Assembly: GCA_001938485.1 (NCBI GenBank)
Contig: MQRK01225404.1
Span: 1 to 51,266, forward strand
From: Girardia tigrina
Taxonomy: Eukaryota
Direction: 5' to 3'
Length of the DNA stretch: 51,266 bases
Part shown: piece after piece, positions 23,899 through 37,189 of the stretch
Position numbering within the stretch: the first letter of the stretch is position 1
How the letters are laid out: each line of letters opens with the position of its first letter
Notes under the pieces: model-generated
What the model saw: only the letters and a program-made list of their open reading frames with translations
Database searches by the model: none
Told to the model about the DNA's origin: nothing
Translations under genes and position numbers: made by a program

Positions 23899-26340
23899 CG
23901 CCCCCCTGGTGGACACACCAAACGGATCAACCAAAGTCATAGACTTCATGCCATCCAGGAGTCCTCCTGGAGCGTTGTAGTCTTGCCGACTCGTGGTGGC
24001 CTTCATCGGATACCTCATCTGGATAGTTCTCTATTTTGAACTCTCTCCCTTGAGCAATCTGCTACTTCGTTTTCTAGGCTATGTTTTCTTCTATTTGGTG
24101 TAAGACGCAAAAACAAAACAAGCCTCGCCACACCATCATCATTTATCTCAACCGAAACTCTTGAAATGATCTCTTTTACTAGATAAGGTCCACTCATTCT
24201 TCGTCACATCTCTTACTGTCAGACTTCAAATAAACACTGTCGCCGACAACTAGTGGATTACGAGCAACGTCATTATAGTCGTTCTAGCACTCTACCTGTT
24301 TTGGTTCACAGTTAATTCTTGTCCTGACATTGCTGACTCCGGGTTTCCGGGATACATACCCCAACATCAATTCGGACGGGGCTTTCCCTTGTACCCCAGC
24401 AGTGTTGTTGTACCAAAAGACGGTTTCTTCAACCGATTTTCCAGTTCTGTCTACCGATCGTTTTATTGTTCTGTGGACTTTTTCAATTGCACCATTGCTT
24501 TGAGGCCTGTATGCACAAGAATATTCTTGTCTGACTCCCCACTCTTGAAAAAGTTGGTTGATATTGTTGGGTTTTAAAATTATTAAAAATGTCTTTAACT
24601 TCAATTATTCACTTTTATAAAATACAAATCTTTAAATCTTTATCTTTAATCGTTTATTTCTTTTCTTAATTCTTTAATCAGTAATCTTTAACCAATAATT
24701 CTCAATCAATAATCTTTNNNNNNNNNNNNNNNNTCAATAATCTTTTATCTTTTGATCTGACTCCAATTATTCAGAAAGGCCTTCCAACATAAATATATGA
24801 ATAATAAACACAAATTCTTTTATCAAACTTTATTTCAGATAACAAATATCAATAAGACACAATTAATAATAATAATTCAATTCTTTGATGACAGAATACA
24901 AATACAATCAATATTTCGTGCGAGTTAACAGATTACAGTAAAAACTGTTGATCTCCCAAAACGAACGATGATTTGATTACAACTCAAAGATTTTAAAACA
25001 AANNNNNNNNNNNNNNNNNNNNNNNNNNNNNNNNNNNNNNNNNNNNNNNNNNNNNNNNNNNNNNNNNNNNNNNNNNNNNNNNNNNNNNNNNNNNNNNNNN
25101 NNNNNNNNNNNNNNNNNNNNNNNNNNNNNNNNNNNNNNNNNNNNNNNNNNNNNNNNNNNNNNNNNNNNNNNNNNNNNNNNNNNNNNNNNNNNNNNNNNNG
25201 TTTATATAGTAATTTTTCTCAGCCTTGAAAATTGATGAAATAAAACAAAGAGTAAAATATTTATAATTTTTGATGAAGTAAAACAAATGTTTATGATTTT
25301 AATTCCAAGTTTTGTAAAATTAAATATTATTTTATTTGACATTAATGATTTTATTAAAAGAATTATTTAAAAATTTTCCTTTATAAAATTTTATCAAAAG
25401 TGTTCTCATGTATTTTTCGGAACCCTAACAATATCTCGTCCTCGAAAAACTGTTTCATTGCCAGACATGAAAGAATGCGACGGCCCATATTCTGCGATTA
25501 TTTGCCTTAAGTATAAAACAATCTCATTGGATGATTTATTTCTGAGCTACCTCTACACTGTAAATCCAGAGTAACCATCTATCAATGTGAGGTATGGTCG
25601 TCCATTTACATGCGATATGTCGATTGTAATACGTTCCCACAGTTCATTACACATTATTAGTCCCTTCTCCCATATATGCGTTATCGTCGGATCCACACGA
25701 CAGCATCTGTCATAGATTTTAATACAGGCTTCAACCTTCTTTTTCGATACTTCGGATCCCATTTTCACTCTGCACAATTCAAATGTGCGTTGCACACCCT
25801 AGTGACAAAGGTTATGAATTATTTTTGATTTCCTTCTCCAAAATCTGAATTTTGGTGTGACTTACATTCAACTCGTTTGGATAGCGTGTTAATCTATCAG
25901 CTTTGTTATCTGCGGATGCAACAAGCTCAATTGATAAACATAATTCTTCTTCCTTGATGATTTCACGAACACTTTCAAGCCGCCTTCGAATGACTATCTC
26001 ACTTAATGCATGTATTTTCGCATTGTGAGTTTTATTGATTATTGAGTTGAGCCATCCGTACACTGTTTTTGAATCCCCTTTAGGATCAGTCTGCGCGCAG
26101 CCCATTTAACTGCTAAGTTTATTTCCCTGATGGCAGCATCTAATTCGCTACGATTTATGTGATTTAGGTCGTCCTTGGATCTCAACCCAGTGGCGTCTTC
26201 TATGATCTCATTATTCACTTCCAACAAGACTCCAATTGCCACTGAGCTCGCATCAGTCCAGATCGTCATTGGTGAGTCCTGTTTCACTGGCCACCTTCCC
26301 TTACTTTGATCACCATTCTCTATAAAAAACTTTTAATACT
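23899..26340 (-). mobile_element. Gypsy RNase H-integrase remnant, interrupted at ~24575-25420
   Basis: WTDASSVAIG, ADNKADRLTR, WERITIDI..YLTLIDGYS, AYRPQSNGAIEKVH, GPY. Confidence 0.88.
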
Positions 26341-26979
26341 TCTAACCTTCTGTAATACTTCGATTCATACAAGTTCGATCCCAACCAGAAATTGAGACGG
26401 AATATAGAAACGTTTAAGGTAAAATATATTAATTTTGAAAAAAAGTGTTTATTTATTCATTGTAAATTATTAAAAGAAAGGTCATTAGTGTACATATATC
26501 AATTTGTACGTAGATCAAATGGTTAGGGGTTTTTGGTGAAATTAAATTTTTGAATGTTTAAAACGTAAACTCGTATTTATAATTAAAATAAGTACAAATA
26601 ATTTATTTTAAAAATGGCAATTTTAATTGAAAAGTATTTTTACAGTTATTTTTAAATCAAAAGTGAAAATAAATATTTTAGAAAAATAATTTTTTAAAAT
26701 CGAAATTTAAATTGGAAATAATTTTTTTAATTTTTATAATGTTTAAAATCAAAAGAAAACAATAAATAGTTTACGAAATTAATTTTAGCAGTAAATTTTA
26801 CATTGAAAATGATTTTTAATATCTAAAATCAAATTTGAAGATTAACAAAAATTGTTAATAAATTTTTAATTTATTATACAAAACTTTCAAAATAAAATCA
26901 ATGTCATATAATTAATTATTATATTGATATTTATATTTAGAATTTTAAAAAAATGTAGTTTATTCAAATTGAAAATATT

Positions 26980-27790
26980 ATTCCCCATAAATTTGTTTGA
27001 AAAATGTAAGATTCATTTCAATTTTTTTGATGGAATAATTCCAGTTGGTTTATATTGTTTATTGCCAGATAAAACAATAAATACTTACGTTCAATTGTTG
27101 CATGCAATTATGGAATTGATTCCATTGGCTTCTCCTCAAAAAATTTTAGTTGATTTTGAACAAGCAGCAATTAATACACTTAGCAATTCATTTCCAAATT
27201 CTTCGGTAACAGATTGTTATTTTCACTTATGTCAAAATGTCTTACGAAAAGTAAATGAACTGGGGTTAAAAAGTTTTATATGAAACTAATAATCAAATAT
27301 GAGAATATGTTAGATGTCTTCCAGCTCTTGCTTTTGTTCCATTAAATGATGTTGAAGAAGCATTTGACATTCTAGCTGAATCTCAGCCACCAGAAATAGA
27401 AGGTTTAGATGAATTTACTACATTTTTCGAGCATACATATATTCGTGGCAGAAGAAATCGGTGTATATTTTAAAACTCCACGTTTTCATAAAGAGAAATG
27501 GAATCAAAATTTAGCTGGAATTGCAAGAACAACAAATTCTTTCGAAGGATGGTACTATATGCTGCAATCTTTATTTTCTTATCATCATCCAACATGATGG
27601 AAATTTTTAGAAGGAATAAGTAATGACATGCAAAAAAAGCATGTTTTATACAAGGTGCCACATGAGTAATTCAAACTTCGACCAAAATATATCGAGTATT
27701 AAATGAAAGAGTTTCAAGAGCAGTGTCAAATTATGGACGAACAAGCGTATTGATTTATCTTAGATCAATCACATCTGTCTCACTGTTAAA
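26980..27790 (+). mobile_element. MULE transposase pseudogene
   Basis: YCLLPDKT..TY, VDFEQAAIN, CYFHLCQ, LPALAFVP, RTTNSFEGW. Confidence 0.88.
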
Positions 27791-27820
27791 TTAAATTTAC
27801 CTTATTTCTGATGCTTTTAT

Positions 27821-28340
27821 CAGTGCTGCCCAACCAGGCGATCGCGATCTACGAGGCGATCGCGATACGACTTTGGGTAGATCTTCTACTACAGACTAAA
27901 AATGAAAAAAAATTTGTAAAAAAATTTTTTTTTGTAAACACAAATATTAAAAAAATTTAAAACAACGTTCTGTCCTGACTGTCCTCATTATTATTATCTT
28001 TGACAGGATATACGCCTAATTAGGATTCTTTGGTTAGAGACATGTAAACACAATCTTCTCCTTAATATTTAAAAATAAATTCTTAGTCTGTCTTTTTTTT
28101 GTAGCTAATTTGAACAATCAAATATTGTTAATTACTCATATTGTTTTAAATTTATCTTCAAAGTGTGGAAACACGGAATTTTGCAGTAGTGTATCTTGTA
28201 TTATAACATAATGTAAAAACATAGTATGTATTTCTAACTTCCCAATCTTCCCTTAAACTACAACTATGACAACAAGTCGATCGCGACACATTTTTAAGAA
28301 AAAAAGTCGATCTTACGTACACAAAAGTTGGGCAGCACTG
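27821..28340. mobile_element. hAT-like non-autonomous element (MITE)
   Basis: 14-bp perfect TIR CAGTGCTGCCCAAC/GTTGGGCAGCACTG; subterminal CGATCGCG motifs; imperfect TSD (GCTTTTAT/CTTTATAT). Confidence 0.8.
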
Positions 28341-28364
28341 CTTTATATTAATGTGATATTATAT

Positions 28365-28469
28365 AAATGTGATGCAGTTAAGTGTGATGCGGTTAAGTGT
28401 GACCTGGTTAAGTGTGATGTGGTTAAATGTGATGTGGTTAAGTGTGATGCGGTTAAGTGTCTGCACACC
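28365..28469 (+). repeat. 15-bp tandem repeat (about 6.5 units, AAGTGTGATGCGGTT), probably the subterminal repeat of the MULE 3' end
   Basis: Repeat read directly; ends ...GCACACC. Confidence 0.75.
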
Positions 28470-29979
28470 AACAAACATTTTAATTTCAAATTAATCAAAT
28501 TATTAAAAATTATTTAAAAGCTCAAAATTATTATATTTTATGAAAAAGTATATCTTTTATGTTAGAAAAGATTAAATATGTTCCGCAATTGCGTAATAAG
28601 AATAAACGATTATGCAGAGAAATGATGTGTAATTGAAATTGACCCCACTCATTGGTGGGTCATATCTTATTGCGTAATTACGCCATTCTTTGTTATATAT
28701 ATATTGTATTTTGTATTTAAATAAAGTTTTAATAACCGATATATTTTAGTTCTTTTACTGGTGACCACTCCGAAATCAATATCATTATACGGACGAAACG
28801 CGAGGAGAGACAAAAAATGTTCTTCAGTTTACCGCAGAAAACCCAGGAGCTGCTTATTCCGAAGCCAACTTTCTTCGATGAATGCAGAAAGAAATGATGC
28901 CGAAGAATGGATGCAATCCATAAAGGATTTCGTGTCATTGAACCAAATGGAGTTGTCCTTCACCTTTGACATGTTATTAAGAAACGATGTCAAACAACTG
29001 TGGCAAGTGTTTTGCTCAACAAAGCAAACCTTGACGAACGAAGAAACTGAACAGTGATTTACTGATATATTCACAACCACAAAGTCAGTTGTTGAGAAGG
29101 TTACAGAATTGTATGTTTGCAAGCAGAAGCAAAATGAGAGATATCGGGACTATGAAATCAAAGTCAAATAATTGGTAAAAGAAGTTTTTGACAACAAACT
29201 TTCAGTTAGATACATTTCAAGAATGCTTCTTCTGAAAGGAACTCAAAACGACAAATTAAGAGAAGCTTTTATACTCGACCTTGATATGCCTGATGACAGA
29301 CAACGCGATCTAGCTTCAAATTTAGAAAATTCAAATTGTGGGGGATGTGAAGCAAATAAAACTGAGTTATTCAGATATCATGAGAAGAAATACTAAATTT
29401 AATTATTTTAGCCAGGAAAGCACTCTGCGTTTTCACAAGCCACTTTCAATGGAGACAAAGAAGCACATTCATGAAAGAAGAGATTACAATTACCACCAGA
29501 ACAAGCCCGTTTATGAAAATGATAGAAGAAATTATAATGCTGACAGAATGAATCACAACGAAATGGCAAAACGTTTGTTGAAGTTTATTGCAACAACACT
29601 GTACAATTGATGTCAGGGAAAATCAAATCGGAAAAAGAAATTTTAAAACCCGGGGATTGTTTTTGTTGCGGAGAAGCTAATCACAGAAGAAGTGATTGTC
29701 CATTAGGAAATATATGCTTCATCAGCGCAAAAGAAGGTCATTTATTTAAAAATTGCATTATTATTCAGAACTGACAAACCAGAGTTCCAGCGAGAATATT
29801 TTGCGTCCAGGAAGAACAACAAGAATATTTAATAGATATTCATAAAGAAATTAGCCATGATGTTGAAGATTATGACGATGAAAAAAGCCTCCCGTATCTA
29901 TCTCGTCGGTGGGGTTGGGTCAATAGATAAAATTTCAGAGGGGATAGAGAGAGTGTAGTATCGGTAGAAAGAAGAAGTA

Positions 29980-32900
29980 AGTAGGGAGAAAATGGGGTTT
30001 CTCCCTCAATCAATAATTGACCCCCCGTGGGGAGGGTAGCCCATTGCATGGCAACGGTTCCGGTTACCATAGCAACAGTCCCGATCACCCTAGCAACGGT
30101 TCCGATTCATCGCCAGTACCTTGGAAACACTTCTGATAGGTTCCCGGTTCCTTATCAACGGTTTCGGTTCCCATGGCAACGGTAACCAAGGACGTTTTTC
30201 ATTACCCACGGATACAGTGATTCAAGGCGGTTGTAACCATGGTAATGGTTACCGTATCCATAGTAATCATCACCCTATTCATAGCAACCGTAGAAAAAAA
30301 TACTAATCGATCACTGCACAGTGTTCCGATGTGCTAATCGATATTTTTAAAGAACTAATCGATAGTGCACATTGTGCCGCACATTTCTAATATGCTAGCA
30401 CAGTACTTTTTATTTTGTACATGTGCAAAAGTGCAAACATCAATACCTAAATATTTTTAAAAGTACTAGTGTCAAAAATCAATATCATGTGTTTGAATTG
30501 AAACATGTTGTTTGAAAACATGTGTTCTATCTGAATGTGCAATTAGAATTTTTATATATTGATTACTTTTCTCTATTATTAGCATAATATGCAAATTTAC
30601 ACTAAATGCATATCGATTTTAGAGACAGAAGGAAGCAGAATATCAAAAATATGCTCATGCTTTTGAATAGTAACCCATATACGTACATTCATATTCCACA
30701 TCAACATTTTCAAAAAAATGCTGATAAATTGATTTTTTCGAACATTTCTGAAATTCTCAAAAAAAGTGCTCAAAAATCAATTTTTTCGTATATATCTGAA
30801 ACCCCTATGATATATGTATGTTATTTACCATAAAATAATACCTCATGAATCGCCTAATGTACCTCATCAACAATCACAAGTACCATGGTTACCGTAACCA
30901 AGATACATAACCTTTTATATTACATATAAAAACTACATGTATAAAACTCCTATTGTACTTAAAACATGCATCGACATTATACATAACATCTACATAATCA
31001 GCTAAGTACTTGAGTCTAGGTATCAACCATCAAAAGTACCTTGGTTACCGTAACCATGCTACATAACCTTTTAATATGCTACATAACCTTTTTATATATA
31101 AAAACAATCGAAAACACCTTATAAACCATCAACCTTACCTTAAAAACCATGAAAAACACCTTTAAAATCATCGAAAACATGTAAAAACCACCAAAATTAC
31201 ACAAAAAAGTGCAAAAATCCATACTGCACTTGTGCTGCCTAGGCTGCCTAGGCTGCACTGTGCTAATCAATAATACACATGTGCTAATCAATAATGTACA
31301 TGTGCAGCGTGCCTAGGCTTAGTGCAAGTGTTCAAAATCAATAAGTTCACAATTTTACAAAGCGCAATATATTCATGTTTTAATATAATACAGTTTAAAG
31401 TGAGCAGAATGCCCCCTGTGGGGAAGAATGCCCATAGGGTATAGATGCCGTAGGTAGTAAGATATCGAAAATCTGTCTGAACACATGTATCGAAACTTAT
31501 AGGTAAATAGCCGGAATATGATCTTAGATTCTCGAAAAAAAGATACATATATCGATTTTTGAGATGTTGTGTTTTATAGTGTAAAATGAGGGAGAAGTCT
31601 CAGAGGGTATAAAAGGCGAAACAAGCAAAATATCAAAAATCTGTCTGAACACATGGATAGTAACATATATATGAATAGTCAGATTCAATATCAACATTTT
31701 TGAAAAAATCGATACGTAGTGCTTTGTAGAATATATGCACATTATGTGTGCAAATATTATATTATAGATATGTATTATATTATGAAATTATACTATATTA
31801 TCAACCAATATCGTATCAACCATTTAAAACATGGCCTTATCCAAGGTGATATATCATGCATCCATCATGTCAACGTATTACATTCATCATATCAATACAC
31901 AGCTGAACATGTAAAAAATACAGAAAATGCTGAATAATATATAAAATACTATAAGAACTACCTTATCAACAATTACAATCATATTATCAACTATCCAATA
32001 TACATTATCAAACATACCATCAACCATCAAATTTACAATATGAAACATCAAAAATACCTTAACAACCATATCATCAACCATCAACCACCAAAATCACATC
32101 ATGAACAGCCAAATCTACCTTAACAGCAACAAAAAGTGACCCTAATTGTTTCAACCATTACCTTATCAACCTTTCAAAAAGTGAACATTTTAATATACAT
32201 GTGTTACATATATATTATATGTAACATATATACTAAGGCTGTCCAAAAAGTCCTCAGGTGGCCTATAAAAACACACTAATATTTTACCAAATTTAACCAA
32301 ATTTGGACTGAATATTATTCAGACTGTCATAAGTACTGTGTTAAAATTCCAAAGCATGAAATTTGAAACTTACCAAAAAATAATATTATTAACCAACAGA
32401 AAAAATTAGATGCAGCGAATTTAAAAATTTATTTAAAAAAATATTTGAAAAATTTCTTAAGCAACAACATATTCACCATTGTTGTCAATAACCAACTGGC
32501 AATAGTTAAAAAGTTTATTTAGTTGATTTTTTAATGTTTCTGTTGATAAAGAATTAAAAAAGAATTTACAAGCTTCTTCAATTTCTTCATGTGATTTGAA
32601 AACATGATTTTAAAACTTTTCTTCATTTTTGAAAACAAGAATCTGTCACACAGATTAAAATCTGGACTATAGGGCGATTTTTAATTTTTTTCAATTTTTC
32701 TTCTTCCAAAAAAAAGAGTTGTTTCTTTGCTAGAATGAGGTCTTGCATTATCATGCAATCACTTAAGTTCCTTTAGCTTGATGCTGTTAGATCTAAGTTT
32801 CCGCTATTTTTCACCGGTGTCATGAACAAAGTTCACATACGCCTCGGAATCAATCTTTGTACCATATGGTAGTGCTTTTACATTAAAACGTTTGTTGCAG

Positions 32901-33736
32901 GTAAAGGTTACGAAAACAAGAGATTTTTTATCAGTCATCGGTGATGGCTTTATCACTTTTGGTGGAACAGCATTAGAAGGAATCCAAACTTTGTGATCTT
33001 CTTTCTTTCCTCTACCTTGGAAAAAGACTCTGTGATATTACATGACGTATATGCTTTGCGGTGTTAATGCGTTGTTGTTTATTAGCAGCAGAAAGTTTGT
33101 GAGGGACCCAAACAGAGCAAACTTTTTTGTAATGAATTTTTTTACGTAAAATTTTGTGGACTGTATTTTTGCCTAAAAAAAGTTCATTTTCAATATAATG
33201 CACAGACGCATTTAGAGCTTCATCGCCTATTAATGACGGCCTGCCACTTCTTGATGAATCGTCGAATGACGTCCGCTTTTCTTTTTAAAATCAGTCAACC
33301 ATTGTTGAATAGTTTTCAGTGCTAGGTGATTTGCGTCTTCCCATGCCTGCTAAAGTTGCTGAAGAATTTCTGAAGCAGAGAATCCTCTTTTACTTTGAGT
33401 TAGAACAAAAAAACGTTGGCAACATTTATTTGGTTCCATTTTTAAAAACCGCTTGATTTGAATTCGCTGCACTTTTAAAATTTCAATACTTTAATAAAAC
33501 AAAATTTTACTTTTTTTTAATTTTATGCTTTGAAATTTTAACACAGTATTTATCACAGTCTGAATAATATTCAGTCCAAATTAAGTTAAATTTGATAAAA
33601 TATTAGTGTGTTTTAAAGGCCGCCTGAGGACTTTCGGGACAGCCTAAGTATTATATTATTGTTATATATTATATATAATCACTATGTGTATCATCAACTA
33701 TTTACTAAAGAATAATTACAATATCAACCATTAATA

Positions 33737-33745
<9 letters not shown>
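29980..33745 (+). mobile_element. Unclassified insertion with AGTAGGG terminus and X-box array (candidate Polinton/Maverick TIR), copy 1; right end not seen
   Basis: Terminus shared with 50930; degenerate 21-bp units at ~30043-30290; A/C-skewed, internally repetitive non-coding body. Confidence 0.55.
32233..33648 (-). mobile_element. Mariner-type transposon with ~130-bp TIRs and disrupted transposase (ATG at 33439)
   Basis: TA flanks; long TIRs CT(A/T)AGGCTGTCC...; WVPHKL, HDNARPH and PYSPDFNLCD motifs. Confidence 0.92.
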
Positions 33746-33773
<28 letters not shown>

Positions 33774-33823
33774 NNNNNNNNNNNNNNNNNNNNNNNNNNN
33801 NNNNNNNNNNNNNNNNNNNNNNN

Positions 33824-33878
<55 letters not shown>

Positions 33879-34440
33879 AAAAACCAGTTGACTAACTGGA
33901 TACCAAAGATCGAATTTTACATCAATGCAACACATCAAAGTTAAACCTGACGATCACCGTTTGAAATTATTTATGAGTGCAAATTATTTTTACATGGACA
34001 ATTCCAGGACTACAAGCTAAACCACAGTGGTAATATTGCTAAAACAGAATTTTCAAATAAGAAGACTTCAGAAAAGTTGTGGTTCTTGGTTAGATCTAGG
34101 AGGGGAGAGAGAGTTTCCCATGTTGGACAAGAAGTTATAGTAAAAATTGAGCCACATAAGGCAAATAAAATGGGTTCAGATACGAAGGACCTTTTAAAAT
34201 TTAAGAATTTATAAGTTCACATCAGGTATTAGTAGATTTACAGTGTCATCCGAAACCAAGAAGAATAGATTGACTTAAGAAGAATCAAAAAGATTAAAAG
34301 GGTGGAAGTTGGAATAAAATAAATTCCGCAATTACGTAACAAGAATCAGCAATTTCGAACAGAAATGTTGTGCAATTGAAATTGACGCCACCCATTGGCA
34401 GGTCAGATCTTATTGCATAATTACGTCATTCTTTGTTATA

Positions 34441-35260
34441 TGTTATGCCGAATTCGTGAACTGGGCAAAAAAATTGCGGAATTCACAAATTAAAAAATAT
34501 TTTGCCGATTTTGTGAATTCGGCAACAGTTCGCTGAAATTGTATAATTGTCGAATTAATGAACGAGTCAATTTTTGTCAAATTCACTAACTATATGAAAT
34601 TTTTAATTTAAAATGAAAATTTCTTAATTTAAAATGAAAGATTATGTATTTAATATGAACAAAATATCAATTTAATATGAAAAACAATCAAATTAACGTG
34701 AAAGTTTGTATTTAATATAAAAAAAATATGTATTTAATTTGAAAAATTATCAATTTTATATCAAAAAATCTGTATTTAATATGATAAAAATATCAATTTG
34801 TCATTAAAAATTATCAATTTAATATGAAAAAATAAATTAAATAGGAAAAAATCTTAATTTATTATGCAAAATAGACTCCAAATGTAACATTTTATTCATA
34901 GTTAATAAAACGTCTTCCTTGGTGGCAAGATGAATTGCAAACGTTTGCATTTTAAAAGCATTTTATCATAGTAAAATGATATTTTTCATATTAAATTTAT
35001 ATTTTTTCGTATTAAATACAATTTTTATATTAAATCGATATTTTTAAATTAAATTGATATTTTTTCATATTAAACTGATATTTTTTTCATATTTAATCAA
35101 TATTTTATCATATTAAATTGATATTTTTCATATTAAATACAAACTTTGTCATATTAAATACATATTTTTTTCATATAAAATAATCAATTTCAAATATTAA
35201 TTTCATAATTTCATAAAAGTTTTTTTAAAAAGTTGCCTAATTCACGAATTCGGCATAACA
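34441..35260. mobile_element. Foldback MITE with TGT...ACA ends (Ginger-like)
   Basis: 20-bp TIR TGTTATGCCGAATTCGTGAA, TATA on both sides, mirrored ATTTAATATGAAAA repeats in the arms; splits the 3' LTR. Confidence 0.85.
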
Positions 35261-35939
35261 TATACATATCCTAATTTTGTATTTAAATATAGTTTTACTA
35301 ACCGATGTCTTTAATCTTTTACTTTATCAATTATTATTTATTTCAATGTTATTACGACAATTCCTTTCAAAATTTAAATTAAAAAATTAAATTTTTTAAA
35401 AACTAAATATTTAAAGTTTTTTAATTACTTAAATTCTGATCAGCAAAAAGGAAACTAACTCATTTTTTTGTTCTTCTTATTAATTGTTGTTTTAATGAGT
35501 AATTTTCGGAAAAAATGGAATTTTTCGGTAACATAAATTAAAAGGAAAGAAAAATAAAGCCAAAATAATTTTTTTATCTCTTGTAATAATTAAATTTTTT
35601 TAATGAAAAAAATTTACATTTTTACAGGAAATTAAAACAAATATACAAAAATATATAAAGATGTATATATATATTTACATTGATCATGGAACTTAAACAA
35701 TGAGTTCAAAAAGGAAATGTCGGCAAATTTCTACCAAAAATAAAGCCGAAAAAATAACAATTAATGAATTGTTGTTTTTATTTTGTTTTCAAATATTTAA
35801 TTTACAATCGGTCTCCGACAGAAAGACAAAAAAATCCTTTCACCCTCAAAAATTATTTGTATAATATTGGAAATATTTTATTACCACCAGTCAAGTATTG
35901 GAAAATATTTTTAAAAAAAATAAAATAAAATTCATGAAC

Positions 35940-36480
35940 CGCTGTGTTGTGAACATATGGCCAAATAAGTTCATTCGAACGACGAGCGCTGCTAAATCTG
36001 ATAAAATCGTTCCCATAAAATCTCAATGTTCATCAAGCCACCTGTGTATATTTTTTCCATTAAATGAAATTTGCAAATTTTCAAATAAGAAATCACCAGA
36101 AGAAAATAGTGACTGCCAGCGCGCATTAATCGCGAAGAGCAGCTGGCTCAAGCATTCATACAACCCTAACAACAGTAGAAATAAGATTGTCACCGATTTT
36201 AACTAAGATAAGCCAAAAAGAATCAGTAAATATTATTTACAAAAAAATCATGCCTCCACAAGATGAATTGATAGCAATCATTCATTCAGTCTTTTCTTGA
36301 AAATTTGATCATAGGAGGTTGTATTCTTAGTCCCAACATGCTTTACAAAGGAGCTAACATACGTCCAGGTCGCGTTTCGTGTGTGATAAGGGCTAATTTT
36401 ATAAAATATTTTTTGTCATTGTCAACCTACTAATTACAACAGCTGGCAATAAAGTCATTATTGAACATCTGGCTAGTTTG
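35940..36480. promoter_or_regulatory. Candidate enhancer with an E-box cluster
   Basis: AACATATGGC 35952, CACCTG 36039, CAGCTG 36140, AACAGCTGGC 36438, AACATCTGGC 36464. Confidence 0.45.
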
Positions 36481-37189
36481 TTTAGCTTGCTGAATAAATT
36501 GAAAATTTATTGGTGTTGAAAATTAATTATTTTAGAAATTAAATATGTATCAGAATTTTAATTATTGAATATTTTATTTATATAAAATAAATGAGGAATT
36601 TTAAAATGAGACAAAAAAACCCCAATCATTTCTATGTAAAGTGATAATTATATTTTTTTTTATTTATATTTATTGGAAATTTGAAACGAAAAAAAATTCG
36701 TAAATCACGTTTCTTTTTTTTGAAAATAAATAAAATCAATTTTATTTATATTTCAATGGTTCAATCGTTAACATCAGATCAGTGAAGTAATACGATCTTT
36801 TGTGAGAAGAAAAATCAATAACAAACAATTGTAAATGCGGATTCAGCAAATATTTTTTTTGTCTTTAAGAAAAAAATATGCAAATTATATATTTAAATAC
36901 TCCGTGAAAAAAAGTTGTTTTGATTACTTGTTCGATAAACGAAATAATGTTTTCACTTAGGTTGAATGGAAAGAGTTCGATTTCCGAAAGTACAATACAC
37001 GTATCTTGCAGGGTGAATACGCATCTCATCGGAGCTTATCAGAAAGATAGATCCCATTTTCCTATTAAGGGGCTCGGTAACTACAGTGAAATTATTTTTT
37101 GAGCCCATAGCTATTCTTTCGACATCATAGAGATTGTCAGGAAAGAATAGTAAAAATTAGCTCAATCATACTAATTGTATGCATTAATA

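Larger units (their letters stand above)
28560..35322 (+). mobile_element. Gypsy element retaining both LTRs (28560-28758 and ~34310-35322), hosting nested insertions
   Basis: LTRs share TTCCGCAATT.CGTAA...ATTGAAATTGAC...TCTTTTAC; PBS TGGTGACC at 28759; gag with CFCCGEANHRRSDC knuckle; integrase relic at ~33890-34300; PPT AAAAGGGTGGAAG. Confidence 0.85.

Noticed and set aside
28266-28517. Cys-rich VKCDA repeat protein
   Set aside because: Translation of a 15-bp subterminal repeat that crosses a MITE boundary
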